From Thelocarpon superellum (Eukaryota), in the NCBI GenBank assembly GCA_026025795.1, contig JAPEUG010000052.1, positions 45,492-65,491 of the forward strand: a stretch of DNA of 20,000 nucleotides, in the 5' to 3' direction. Each line of letters begins with the position of its first letter. The first letter of the stretch is position 1. This document shows positions 9,482-19,571 of this stretch, piece after piece. The position numbers and the translations under genes were made by a program. The notes below the pieces were generated by a model. It saw only the letters and a program-made list of their open reading frames with translations. It was not told where the DNA came from and made no database searches.

Positions 9482-11432
9482 ATGGGAGGTGGTCCGGTAC
9501 TCCCTCTCGAGCATTGGCCATCGGCCGTGGCGTCGTCGAGTCGTCGAGACAGGTCCCAGGGCCAGCTGGACCAGCTGGACCAGCTGGACCGCCTGGACCA
9601 TCTACGGGGGCTGGTGGACATGGGCAGGTGGGATGCTGATGCCAATCCTCTTTCATGGGCCCCCCCCGTTCCATCACCCGCTGACCGGTCCCGAGGCGCC
9701 CAGCAACGGCATCCGCTTCTCCATCTCCGACCTCGCTCCACCCACCTCCCGTGTCCTGCCCACCGTCTACCTCGGTCGCGTCGGCATCTCCCTCTATGAC
9801 GCGCAATTCGACCCCACCACCGGCGCCCGCCGTCCCATCCCCCCGGCCGTGATCCGCGCCGTCATCCAATCCCTGCGCCGCTTCCAAACCGTCTGCGCCG
9901 ACTTTGGCGTGCGCGACCACCACATCCGCGTCCTGGCCACCGAAGCCACTCGCACCGCCCGGAACTCCCTCGAGTTTCGCCAGGACATCACACACGCCAC
10001 GGGCTGGGCCGTGGAGGTGCTCTCCAAGGAAGAGGAAGGCGAGGTGGGCGCGTGGGGGGTCGCCAGCAGCTTCGCCGACGTGCGGGGCCTGGTCATGGAT
10101 CTCGGCGGCGGGAGCATGCAGATCACCTGGATGATTGCGCACCAGGGGGACGTGCGGACGAGTGCCAAGGGCGCCATCAGCTTTCCCTACGGCGCGGCGG
10201 CCATGGCGAGGCGCTTGGCCGAGGTGGAGCGCGGCAAGGACGAGGACGAGAGGGAAAAGGCCGTGGCCAAGCTGCGCGAGGAGATGAAGACGACTTTCGA
10301 AAAGGCGTACGAGCGTCTGGAGATCCCCGACGAGCTCATCGACGCAGCCAAAGACGAGGGTGGATTCCCCCTCTACCTCTCCGGCGGCGGCTTCCGCGGA
10401 TGGGGGTATCTGCTCCTGTCGCAGAGCCAGGTGCACGGGCACCACTACCCCATCTCCATCATCAACGGCTTCTGGGCGCACAAGGACGACTTTGCCAACA
10501 CCGACCAGCTCAAGGAAGTCGCGCGGACCGCGCACAAGATCTTCCGGGTCTCGGACCGCCGGCGCCAGCAAGTGCCCGCGGTGGCCTTCCTCGTCCACGT
10601 CCTCGCCACCGCCCTCCCGCACGGCATCAAAGACGCTCGCTTCTGCCAAGGCGGCGTGCGTCAAGGGATCCTCTTTCGCGATCTGCCGCGCCGCGTGCGT
10701 GCCGTCCACCCGCTCCCCGTCGCCACGGCGCCGTATGCCGGTCCGTCGGCGGGCGCCATCAGCGCGCTCCTGCGGTCCGCGCTTCCGGCCTCGTGCACGG
10801 ACGACGCCGCGACCTATCCCGCATCGATCAGCGTCCCCTTGGTGCAGGCACTGGCCAACGTCCTCTTTGCGCATGCGGCACTAGGCAAGGAGACCGCCTC
10901 CGTCTGCGCCCTCTACAGCACGAGCACGGGCATCTTGGCCTCGGCGCACGGCATCTCTCACGCCCACCGCGCCATGCTCGCGCTCATGCTCGAGGAGCGT
11001 TTCCCCGGCGAGCTCCCTCCGCGCGACGCCGAGGTCCAAGTGCACCTGGCCGAGCTCTTGCATCCGGCGGAAGTGTGGTGGTGCCGCTTCATCGGCACCG
11101 TGGCATGGCTGGTGGCGGAAGTGTACCCGACGGGGGTGATTGACGCGCGCCGGCCGCGCATGCAGTTCTCGTCGCGGTGGGCCACGAGACTCGGCAAACA
11201 GGGGACGAAGAAGGGGGTGCGGCTGACGGTCCAGGTGCCTGCCACGGGCGACGCGATGACGCACAGAGCGACGATGGAGGACGAGGTGCAACGGATCCGC
11301 AAGGTTGGGAAAAGGAAGAATTGGATCGGAGGGAGACAGGGATGGGGGATGGCCGTGGCGGTAGTGGTGAAAGTGCAGGAGGACTTGGATGCTGCTGTAA
11401 CGCGTGTGAGTCAGACCGAGGACGCCCGGTGA
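9482..11432 (+). CDS. RTG2: Retrograde regulation protein 2 (Ppx/GppA phosphatase family, ASKHA fold); exons 9482-9627 and 9704-11432, 624 aa
   Basis: Splicing a 76-nt intron (9628-9703; GTGGGA...GCTGAC...CAG) restores the family motif GLVDMGSNGIRFSISDL. Other motifs present are ATEATRTARN, EEEGEVGAWG, MDLGGGSMQ, LYLSGGGFRGWG, YPISIING, FRVSDRRRQQVPAVAFL and the C-terminal KVGKRKNWIGG. Confidence 0.93.
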
Positions 11433-11661
11433 GGCCAGCCATGACGGCAGAACGCGTCACGAATCGTCCTGCTCTTGCCTGCACCTTGCCCGGAGTGGGG
11501 CGCAACAGGTCTCTTGGATATGGCAGTGGACGAATTACATTGAAGTCGAGTGGTTGTGGAGTCGTAGCTGAGCTCAGGTAGCAGACCACGCAGCGGCAGC
11601 ACCACCACAGCTGAACTGTAGGATGACTGGCATACTTGCAGCACTAGCGTCGGCAGGACTG

Positions 11662-11717
11662 GACTCGCGACTCACGACTTACGACTCACGACTCACGACT
11701 CACGACTCACCGGACTC
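11662..11717. repeat. Heptamer tandem repeat (GACTCAC)n, about 7-8 units
   Basis: gactcgc gactcac gacttac gactcac gactcac gactcac gactcac. Confidence 0.92.
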
Positions 11718-12045
11718 ATCGCCTGCTTGGTCCGCCCCACAAGGAATGCTAGTACCGGGAGCGGTGGCGTGCCAAATCCCAGGCTGCTCTAATTCTCAGC
11801 TCAGTGTCGGGCACCTGGAAATTGGTGCAGTAGACATCACGAGCTCTAGCAACGTGTGATTCGACCATCTGTTGCTCCATCCTGCCCCGCCACAAGTCTT
11901 TGGGTTGATTGTGGTCATGAAGAATGGCCAGTGTACATCCGAGGCTCATACGTCCAGCTTGTGGCTGTTGATCGAGAGATTTTGACTAGCCCATGGTGAG
12001 AGCAGCCTGGCATGAGGCGATGAGGCGATGGGGCGCATTACCCGT

Positions 12046-12195
12046 ACTGACGCACCCGAGATGTAGACTGGAGCGGGTAACCTACTAGGTTTAGTATTTA
12101 ATGGAAGCTATCTGTCATTCGAAAATACAGCTATTGTGGGTCATGTGCAACAGCTTAGTCAAGTGCCCAAGCTCCCGTATGAAGCCTCACAGTAC
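12046..12195 (+). repeat. Dispersed repeat family, copy C (most diverged)
   Basis: actgacgcaccc...actggag...ggaagctatctgtcattcgaaaatacagctattgtgggtcatgtg...gcttagtca...agctcccgtatgaagcctcacagt aligns with copies A and B. Confidence 0.85.
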
Positions 12196-12352
12196 CTACC
12201 AACATTACATGCGAGGTGGACCGAGTACGACGTACGGTGTACTTGCAGGCCCCCGCTACTCACGGGGACTCGCCATGGTTGCCTGGCGCTGAGCTGCAGC
12301 TTTCCGCCCCACCACGGGAGACGAAGCATAGCCGAACAGTCACAAAGCCTAA

Positions 12353-12398
12353 GGCAGAAGCAGAGTCAGAGGCAGAGGCAGAGGCAGAGGCAGAGGCA
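12353..12398. repeat. Hexamer microsatellite (GGCAGA)n upstream of the ABC transporter
   Basis: Read directly from the sequence. Confidence 0.92.
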
Positions 12399-12461
12399 GC
12401 ACATCTGCCCGCCATAAATCACCCGTCCTCCCGTGGCATTGAGCATCGCAGGCTCATCGCC

Positions 12462-15010
12462 ATGATGGAGGCCCACCAGAGCGCCATCCAGGCCCTTCGG
12501 TACCTGTCGCCGCTCGCCGTCGCCATCTGCGCCGCGGCCACCAGCGTGGTCGAGGCCTGTCGCGTGGTGCCGGCCCAGCACGCTCGCCAAAGCCACCGGG
12601 CCCGCCCGATCGTCCTTCTGAGACTAGTCGTCGCCCTGCTGGTGCTCTGCTACGTACGTCGCCCCCGCCTGTCTCCCTCGTCCGACGGGCACGCTCACGG
12701 ACTAATGGCGAGCGGTAGATTGCGGAGGTCGTCGCCCTCTTCACCGAGGCCCTGCAGCAGCCGGAACACCAGCCTCCCCACGCACATGTCGTCCAGGTCG
12801 CCGTGCTGTTCTTGGTCTGGGTCGTCATCGGCTTCACGGACCGCGCCCCATGGCACACCTACTTGGGATCCGCCGTCCTCGGACTGGCCTTGGAGCTCCC
12901 CCTGCTCATCCTCGTCGCGCCGCAGGAGCTGCGTGGCACGGCGGGGACGGTCCACTTCGGGCTGCAGTGCACGCGCCTTTTCCTCCTCGCTGCCGTGGCG
13001 GTGGTGACGGCGGCGCAGGCTCTGCGGCATTACGTCACGACCATCTCGCACGAGGCGGCGGAAGCGGAGGCGGAAGCGGAACCGCTCCTGTCGGGTACCA
13101 CGGAAAACGGCACGACGGAAAACGGCACGCAGGACAACAGCGACAGCGAGGTGGAGGAAGAGCGCGATGCGTACGTCAAGAAGCAGCAGAAACGGCGGCT
13201 GGAGGAGGCCGGCAGCTGGTGGAAGTACCTCCAGACCTTCTCCGTCTTCCTGCCCTATCTGATCCCCAAGAACGACCGCAAGGTGCAGCTGTGCATGCTG
13301 GTCACCGTCCTCTGTCTGCTCGCGCGACGCGCCCTCAACGTGCTCCTGCCGCGCCAGCTCGGCATCATCACCAACAGCCTCGTCGCCGGCGGACGCCCCA
13401 TCGCCGAGCTCGGGTGGTGGCTGGTGCTCACGGCGATCGATGGATCGTCCGGCTTGGGTCTGCTCGAGAGTCTCATCAGCATCCCCATCGACCAGTTCTC
13501 CTACCGCCAGGTCACCAACGCCGCCTTTGGGCACGTCATGGGCTTGTCCATTGACTTTCACAATGACCAAGACTCGGCCGAGCTGATGAAGGCCATCGAG
13601 CAGGGACAGTCGCTCAACACCTTGCTCAACACCTTTGTCCAGACCATCGGGCCCACCTTGATCGACCTGGTGGTGGGCGTCGTCTACTTTTACCAGCTCT
13701 TCGACCTCTACGTGTGCCTGGTCGTCCTGCTGGCCGCCCTGACCTTTGTCACGCTGGACGTCAAGACGTCCAACTGGAACTTTGACAACCGCCGGCGCCT
13801 GGTCAAGGCGGTGCGCGAGGAGTCGCGCGTCATGCATCAAGCCGTGCAGGGCTGGCAGACCGTGTCCTACTTCAACCAGTTCGAGCACGAGCGCGCGCAA
13901 TTCGCCGGTGCGCTCGCGGCCTATCAGAAAGCCTCGCGCGTCTACCAGCGGCGCGCCGCCTACACCTATGCCTTTCGCGAGGTCATTCCGCCGCTGACCT
14001 TCTTCGGCGTCGGCGTGCTGATCATCCTGCGCATCTCCCACGGCCAGGCCAGCCCCGGCGACTTTGTCTTCTTCCTGCAGTACTGGGGCATCCTGATGTC
14101 GCCGCTCAAGTACCTCTCGCAGCACTATCGCTGGCTCATGCAGGATCTGATCGACGCCGAGCGCCTGTTGCTGCTGTTGCAGACCAAGCCCACCGTGACG
14201 GACAAAGCCGGCGCGGGCCCGCTGCGGGTGTCCAAGGGCAATGTGCAGTTCACGGGCGTCTCCTTTTCCTACGACCCGCGCAAGACGACGCTCGACCGGA
14301 TCGACCTCGAGGCGAAGCGCGGCAGCACGGTGGCGCTCGTGGGCGAAACGGGCGGGGGCAAGTCGACGATCCTGAAGCTCATCTACCGCTTCTACGACGT
14401 GTCCGCGGGCCAGATCGAGATCGACGGGCAGGACATCCGCGACGTGACGCTCGACAGCCTGCGCAACGCGCTCGGCGTGGTCCCGCAGGACCCGACGCTG
14501 TTCAACACGACCATCATGGAGAACGTGCGGTACGCGCGCCTCGACGCCAGCGACGAAGAGGTGCACGACGTCTGCCGCGCCGCGGCGGTGCACGACAAGA
14601 TCATGACCTTTCCCGACCAGTACCAGTCCAAGGTGGGCAACCGCGGGGTCAAGCTGTCGGGCGGCGAGCTGCAGCGGGTGGCGATTGCGCGCGTGCTGCT
14701 GAAGAACCCGCCCATCGTGCTGCTGGACGAAGCGACCAGCGCCATCGACACCGCGACCGAGGCCTCCATCCAGGCCGCCTTTCAGAAGCTCGTGCGCGGC
14801 CGCACCACCTTTGTCATCGCCCACCGCCTCTCCACCATCCGCAACGCCGACCAGATCGCCGTCATCAAGGAGGGCCGCATCATCGAGCGCGGCACGCACC
14901 ACGCGCTCTTGCAGCTGCGCGGGACCTACCACGGCCTCTGGTCCAAACAGGTGGCCAATGAGTCGGGGGAGACGGCGGGACCGGGCGATGCGCCCACGAC
15001 CCCGACATAG
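12462..15010 (+). CDS. Half-size ABC transporter, ABCB subfamily, HMT1/ABCB6-like (heavy-metal tolerance type); exons 12462-12653 and 12719-15010, 827 aa
   Basis: A 65-nt phase-0 intron (12654-12718; GTACGT...GACTAAT...TAG) joins the hydrophobic exon 1 in frame to the long ORF. The protein has an extra N-terminal hydrophobic domain, a TMD with LSIDFH, Walker A GETGGGKST, Q-loop VVPQD, signature LSGGELQR, Walker B LLDEATSAID and H-loop IAHRLST. The hydrophobic N-terminal extension favours HMT1-type over mitochondrial ATM1. Confidence 0.92.
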
Positions 15011-15254
15011 CATTACGACGCCACGACGACGACATGACGAGAGGAGGCATGGATGAAAGGGCGTGAGAGAGGGCAGAGTTTCCGCTAGACTATCCGACCG
15101 ACCTGGCCCCCAGCCGTAGCGCAAGACGCAGATGAGACGCCGACCATTTGCTAGCTCCGTAGCTCCGCCCGTCCATGTCTTCCTTCCCGCGCCTTCCTTC
15201 CCGCGCCTTCCTTCCCAGCATCCCAGTCGTGACCTGTCTTCCCCATGGCACCAT

Positions 15255-15626
15255 TCACCCCACCAATTTCACCTCGCAATTCATGTTACCGCCTGGTGGC
15301 GGGAGACGCAGAATCCCCTCGAGCTCCGTCGCCATGCCCCACGCGCTGGTAAAGTCGGCTTGGGTGTTGTTGGCGGTGCACTGGATCGGGCTTGTGGCGA
15401 TCGCCGTGAGAGAGACGGCTTCGGTCCAACTCCGGCAATCGCTCAGCCCCGTCACCTCCCACCGCGTGACGAACGGGCCATTCACGCCGTGGCAGTAGCC
15501 TGAGGGATCGACGCCATCGTTCTGTCGTTTGACCACTGCCCGTGGAACCGAGCGCGCGGTCGCCATCGCCACCAAGGCGAGCGCGAACAGGAGCAGGGGC
15601 AGGCGACGAGGTCGCGCGTGGTCCAT
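15255..15626 (-). CDS. Small secreted protein, 123 aa, with a propeptide/Kex2 site and 4 Cys (effector-like)
   Basis: ATG at 15626; signal peptide MDHARPRRLPLLLFALALVAMATA; propeptide RSVPRAVVKR with a dibasic KR site; mature part QNDGVDPSGYC...MNCEVKLVG with 4 cysteines. It converges on the ABC gene across a 244-bp gap. Confidence 0.75.
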   Translation of the reverse strand: MDHARPRRLPLLLFALALVAMATARSVPRAVVKRQNDGVDPSGYCHGVNGPFVTRWEVTGLSDCRSWTEAVSLTAIATSPIQCTANNTQADFTSAWGMATELEGILRLPPPGGNMNCEVKLVG

Positions 15627-16547
15627 CCGCCCGCGACCGACGGACGCGAAAGTGAGCGCCATCTCGCCGACGCGTGCACCGTTCCGTGTTCTTGTCAGGG
15701 GTGGCACCGCAGCTGGATGACAGGATTCGTCAAGAATGGAAGAGGGTCCTCGTCAACGTAGACAGAAGCGCGGATGGCGTGGGCGGCGGAGCGAGACGCA
15801 GGCAGGGGAATATATACCTTGTGGACGGCGACACGAGTCGACGCATCCTCATGCCCCGTCCGTGCGCGTCGAGAACAAGGTTTGTCGGATGACGTTGGCC
15901 CCTGGCAAGTCGTCTTTCGCCCTCATGCGCCGCCCCGATGGCCGACCAAGGCCACCGTCGATCCAGGCGCAGAGGGGATGAGGGAGCTCAGATGTACGAG
16001 GACCCGCATGCATGCGGTGCGCATGTTTGATGCATGAGATGACGGCGTCGAGGCGAGGCGGGTGCATGGCCATGCACGTCCGACGAGGCAATTATGCAGC
16101 CATGCGCGATTGTGGAGCATGGAGCCAGCGGCTGCCGGCACGGCTCCTGTGCACCGCGCGTTGCACGCTAAGAATACTCTCGAGTGCAACGTCTCGACAT
16201 CATACGGACGGTAGCGAAACATTGTTTGTGTCAGGGATTAGTGCGAGGCATAGCGGGAGATGCGCCTATGCGCCTATGCGCATGACACGCGTACGAGGAG
16301 GAGTTTAGGTTAGTCGGTGGCATATGCGAGGGGATTCATGGGATTCATGGGAACTGGCGGGAGTTTCTTGATTCGTTTCTAATGTCTGGGTGGGTGCATG
16401 CTTCGTCTAAGTACACTGCGGTGTGACTGTCCTCGTCACGTGTCTCGTCGTTGAACCGACCGTCCATGACTCGCCCGTCGCTGGAAATCATGCCATAGTA
16501 TCTCCACTTCGATGGCTGGCTGGTGGCGCCATGACATCGTTCCACCT

Positions 16548-17930
16548 CTAGGAATCGGCCTCTTCGTTAAGGTTGACGAAGTTCCAGTGGCTGGTATAGC
16601 CGTTGATGTCGTATGTATCGAAAGGGTCTCCCTCAAATGGATCGAAGATCATCCCAAAATTCTCGTCTGAAGAGTGCGGGACGAAATGATCCAGGTATGG
16701 GTAATCAGATCCGGACTTCGCGAATTGCTCGAGGACTGTGTATCCCGGCTCGGATTCTTTCTGCTTCCGATTCTCCTCCTCGACTTTGGCCCGCAACTCC
16801 TCAACATCCTGCTCGAAGCTCTCGCGGATGTCTGCAAGTTCGTTGACTGGGGCGTCGAGTAGACTAGCAATCACAGGGGAGATGGCGGAGTGGATGCTCG
16901 TGCTTCCATGGTGACTGGATGGATCGTTATTGTCGCTGTCGAGGTGAGAACCGGTCGTGACTGTGGCGGCTTGGGGAGGCTGCACGAGTTGAGGAAGCGC
17001 CATTGATGATTGAGAGAGCGTTGCTGCAGTAGGTCCGGCTACAAACGCATCTCCCAGGGCGGGCAATCCGGATTGAAGCGGATTGGTGATCAACATGTTC
17101 TGATTGGCGATTTCGGCACCAAAGAGAAGGGACTCTGCACCGACCGCCGGGATGTACCCTTCTTCGAAGCTGTTCTGGATGACATCGTGTACGGAGCAGA
17201 CTGCGGTGACATCGCCGTTGTCGAACGCGTCTGCCTCAGGAATGAAGGCGCGGCGCAGCTTGCGGTCCCCGTGCTCGTCGATATCGAATCGCCAGCCGAG
17301 CATCGCGATGTATTCCGCAGGCTGTACAATCCCGATGAACGGCGCATTGATGGCCAAGAAGAAGTCCAGAGGGGCTTGATGCTTGCCTTGGCTGTCACGA
17401 ATCACCGAATACGCTTTCGCAAGGATGGCCCACTTCGCTTTGAATGGGTCGTTTTTCCAAAGGAAAGTCAGAAATGCGGAGATATCCTTCTGCTGGAAAG
17501 TGGAAAACATCGAGCCGTAGTAGCCTGAGGAAAATGAGTCTCCATCTCCCTTCTGTTTCACGAGAACTGATAACTTACTTCGGTAGGCAATCCACGAGTT
17601 AAGAGGGCGAACCTTCTTGCTTGGATTGCGGGGGGGCGGTACGACGAAGCGTGGCTTTGACATCGGCTTACCAGCGGCAGACTTCTTGGTGCCTTTCTTC
17701 TTCGTGTCCCGCGATTTTGTGTCCGCATGGACTGCTGGAGGAGGCATTCGAGCCGCTTCACCGTTCTCGGTCGAAAGCGTCGGCGCGATGCTCATGATGT
17801 AGGCCGTCATGACCCCGTTAGGATCGAGCGCTTGGAGCTGTTCTGGAGTCATGGAGTTCACCAGGTCTCGGATGTTGGGCGGCGGAATGGCGGGGTCCTG
17901 CGCTTGCGGGAATTGGAGACCGTTCTGCAT
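16548..17930 (-). CDS. MAT1-1-1: Mating-type protein MAT1-1-1 (alpha-box transcription factor); exons 17930-17579 and 17524-16548, 442 aa
   Basis: Alpha box KKVRPLNSWIAYRS|YYGSMFSTFQQKDISAFLTFLWKNDPFKAKWAILAKAYSVIRD...APLDFFL...IGIV.P..Y...LGW. The 54-nt intron (17578-17525; GTAAGT...ACTCAT...CAG) splits the Ser codon at the position conserved in Pezizomycotina. The start context is GCCGCCATG and the C-terminal tail is acidic/aromatic. Confidence 0.96.
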   Translation of the reverse strand: MQNGLQFPQAQDPAIPPPNIRDLVNSMTPEQLQALDPNGVMTAYIMSIAPTLSTENGEAARMPPPAVHADTKSRDTKKKGTKKSAAGKPMSKPRFVVPPPRNPSKKVRPLNSWIAYRSKLSVLVKQKGDGDSFSSGYYGSMFSTFQQKDISAFLTFLWKNDPFKAKWAILAKAYSVIRDSQGKHQAPLDFFLAINAPFIGIVQPAEYIAMLGWRFDIDEHGDRKLRRAFIPEADAFDNGDVTAVCSVHDVIQNSFEEGYIPAVGAESLLFGAEIANQNMLITNPLQSGLPALGDAFVAGPTAATLSQSSMALPQLVQPPQAATVTTGSHLDSDNNDPSSHHGSTSIHSAISPVIASLLDAPVNELADIRESFEQDVEELRAKVEEENRKQKESEPGYTVLEQFAKSGSDYPYLDHFVPHSSDENFGMIFDPFEGDPFDTYDINGYTSHWNFVNLNEEADS

Positions 17931-18381
17931 GGCGGCGGTAGGTGTCGGCGAAGCCGACTTCGCAGCGAAGTCTAGCGTTGAAGTCTTTTGCCCTGTGCGG
18001 TCCACGATGAAAGCGATCACGGTTTGTACTGATTCAAAGGTCTAGTGCTGGGAGGTGGAAAGAGTGGAAGAGACCCGCGAAGGTGGCATCGCCGATGGAA
18101 AGAGTCGAGGACTGGAAAGGTAAGATGATCCAAGTCGAAAGTCCTCCTCTAGTTGTGGGTATATCCCGGTGGTTGGTCTTACGCTCAACGAACAAAGAAG
18201 TGTACAATTTCCTAAAGCAGAACACTCTCGTTTCATTGAATGATTCATAGGCCATCGGTGCTTCATTCACAGCTCTTGGTATTTCTAGCAAAGTCCTTGT
18301 GCCTATCTTTCTCCGATCTGACGCCATCACTCTTACTATCGATGCCGGTGGACCCTGCTTCCCCTTCTTCTCTACTTTTCC

Positions 18382-19571
18382 TCAATCCAGGCTGACACGA
18401 CGAACTGCCAAGACCGGGAAAACCTGCCCACGGGTGCGGACGTATATGCGGTGGGGAAGACTGCGGTCGCTCCAATCTGCAGTTCTTGCTCAGCGTTGCA
18501 TTTGCAAATTGTGCATCTTACTTACGATACCAGTAAGACAAGTCCTCTATCGTTGCCTCTCGACAGTACTTTCCTTGTCCCGTATACTATGTGTCCTCAG
18601 CATATGAATCCATACCTGATAAGAGGAGCGTACGGTGCTAAAAGGGCTCGGGTGGAGGTACATCTGATCTGTCAGCGGTGGTAATTTATGCTTCAGCGGG
18701 AATCCTACCTGGCCGAGCTCGGGGCGGAGATTTGCTGCGCGGCTCTCTGAGATCATAGAAGTCTGGACATAGTCAGTCGTACTGGTGCAGGTGGCTTTGC
18801 AACTTCATGTTTTGACGTACCTTCATATTTGAGGAAGGGTACTTCTGAGAAAGTTCCGTTAACAAGAGCCATCAGCGATACCAAGTGACAGACTTACTTT
18901 CAAGATGTCTGCTCGAATCTTCTTTGTCTGCTCCTTCCAGAGGATCATCAAGTTGGCTGCGCCAACAGGGAGTAGCTGGGTTGTCACTGTAGGAGCTCCT
19001 CCCGCACGCTCCAATAGAGCTGGCCCGAAGGAAGAGCCCGGTGCTCCATTGTGGAAGAACTGGCCCCATGGCTTGTACTGTGCCTGGTAAGAAGGGCGTG
19101 TGTAGCCACGGAGACGTCGATCTAAGATCCGCCCAATCTTCTCGATCCGTTCGTGTCCCGCGAGGATGAATTTGACGTCGTCGGAAAGCTGCCGAACGCC
19201 AGCAAAGAACCCCGCCCGATAGCCTTCGGATGGAAAGAGATGCTGATTGCAAACAAGTCGGTTGACTTCGGCCGTGATCTTGGGCACGGTGGCGATCATA
19301 CCCCAAACGCAGAACTCGGACGGGTGCGACCCGACGTGGTCCCGGAGGATGAGGAGATGCTTGATGATTTCGTACAGGAAGTTCACGCTGCAGGGCTTCG
19401 TGGTAGTACAGGACCCATCTGAACTAGTCAGCGGTGGGAATATGGTATGGGGCACAGAGACTGACTGGACTCCATTCCTCGATCGAAGCGGTCGTAATCG
19501 GCATCTATCTGACAATCCTGTTTCGCAAACCCACACGGACAGTAATCGTCGGCAGTCAAGACCAAAGCCAT
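18382..19571 (-). CDS. Auxiliary MAT1-1 idiomorph gene (no HMG or alpha box; MAT1-1-7/MAT1-1-2-like position), 7 exons, 296 aa
   Basis: Exons 19571-19466, 19418-18898, 18844-18821, 18762-18709, 18663-18634, 18586-18526 and 18476-18382. The six introns are 47, 53, 58, 45, 47 and 49 nt, with donors GTCAGT, GTAAGT, GTACGT, GTAGGA, GTACGC and GTAAGT, branch-like sites and YAG acceptors. They splice into one frame (MALVLTADDYCPCG...YKPWGQFFHNG...MYLHPSPFST...VRRVSLD*). The gene lies directly upstream of and co-oriented with MAT1-1-1. Confidence 0.78.

Noticed and set aside
9465..9703. ORF-track N-terminus of RTG2 (MSPPSPW...WTSWTSW)
   Set aside because: It reads exon 1 in the wrong frame and runs through the intron; splicing restores DMGSNG.
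9399..10874. 491-aa antisense ORF over RTG2 (and the 363-aa alternative frame 10052-11143)
   Set aside because: Shadow frames of a high-GC gene.
12695..15124. 809-aa antisense ORF over the ABC transporter
   Set aside because: Shadow ORF produced by strong GC3 bias on the sense strand; no motifs of its own.
15674..15892. RRILMPRP as a possible MAT1-2-1 HMG remnant (IPRPPN)
   Set aside because: It lacks the following N-x-F-I-L-Y-R and any other HMG residues.
17931..18330. GTG-initiated N-terminal extension of MAT1-1-1 and the short ORFs at 18034-18330
   Set aside because: The ATG at 17930 has a strong Kozak context; the upstream sequence looks like UTR or intergenic DNA.
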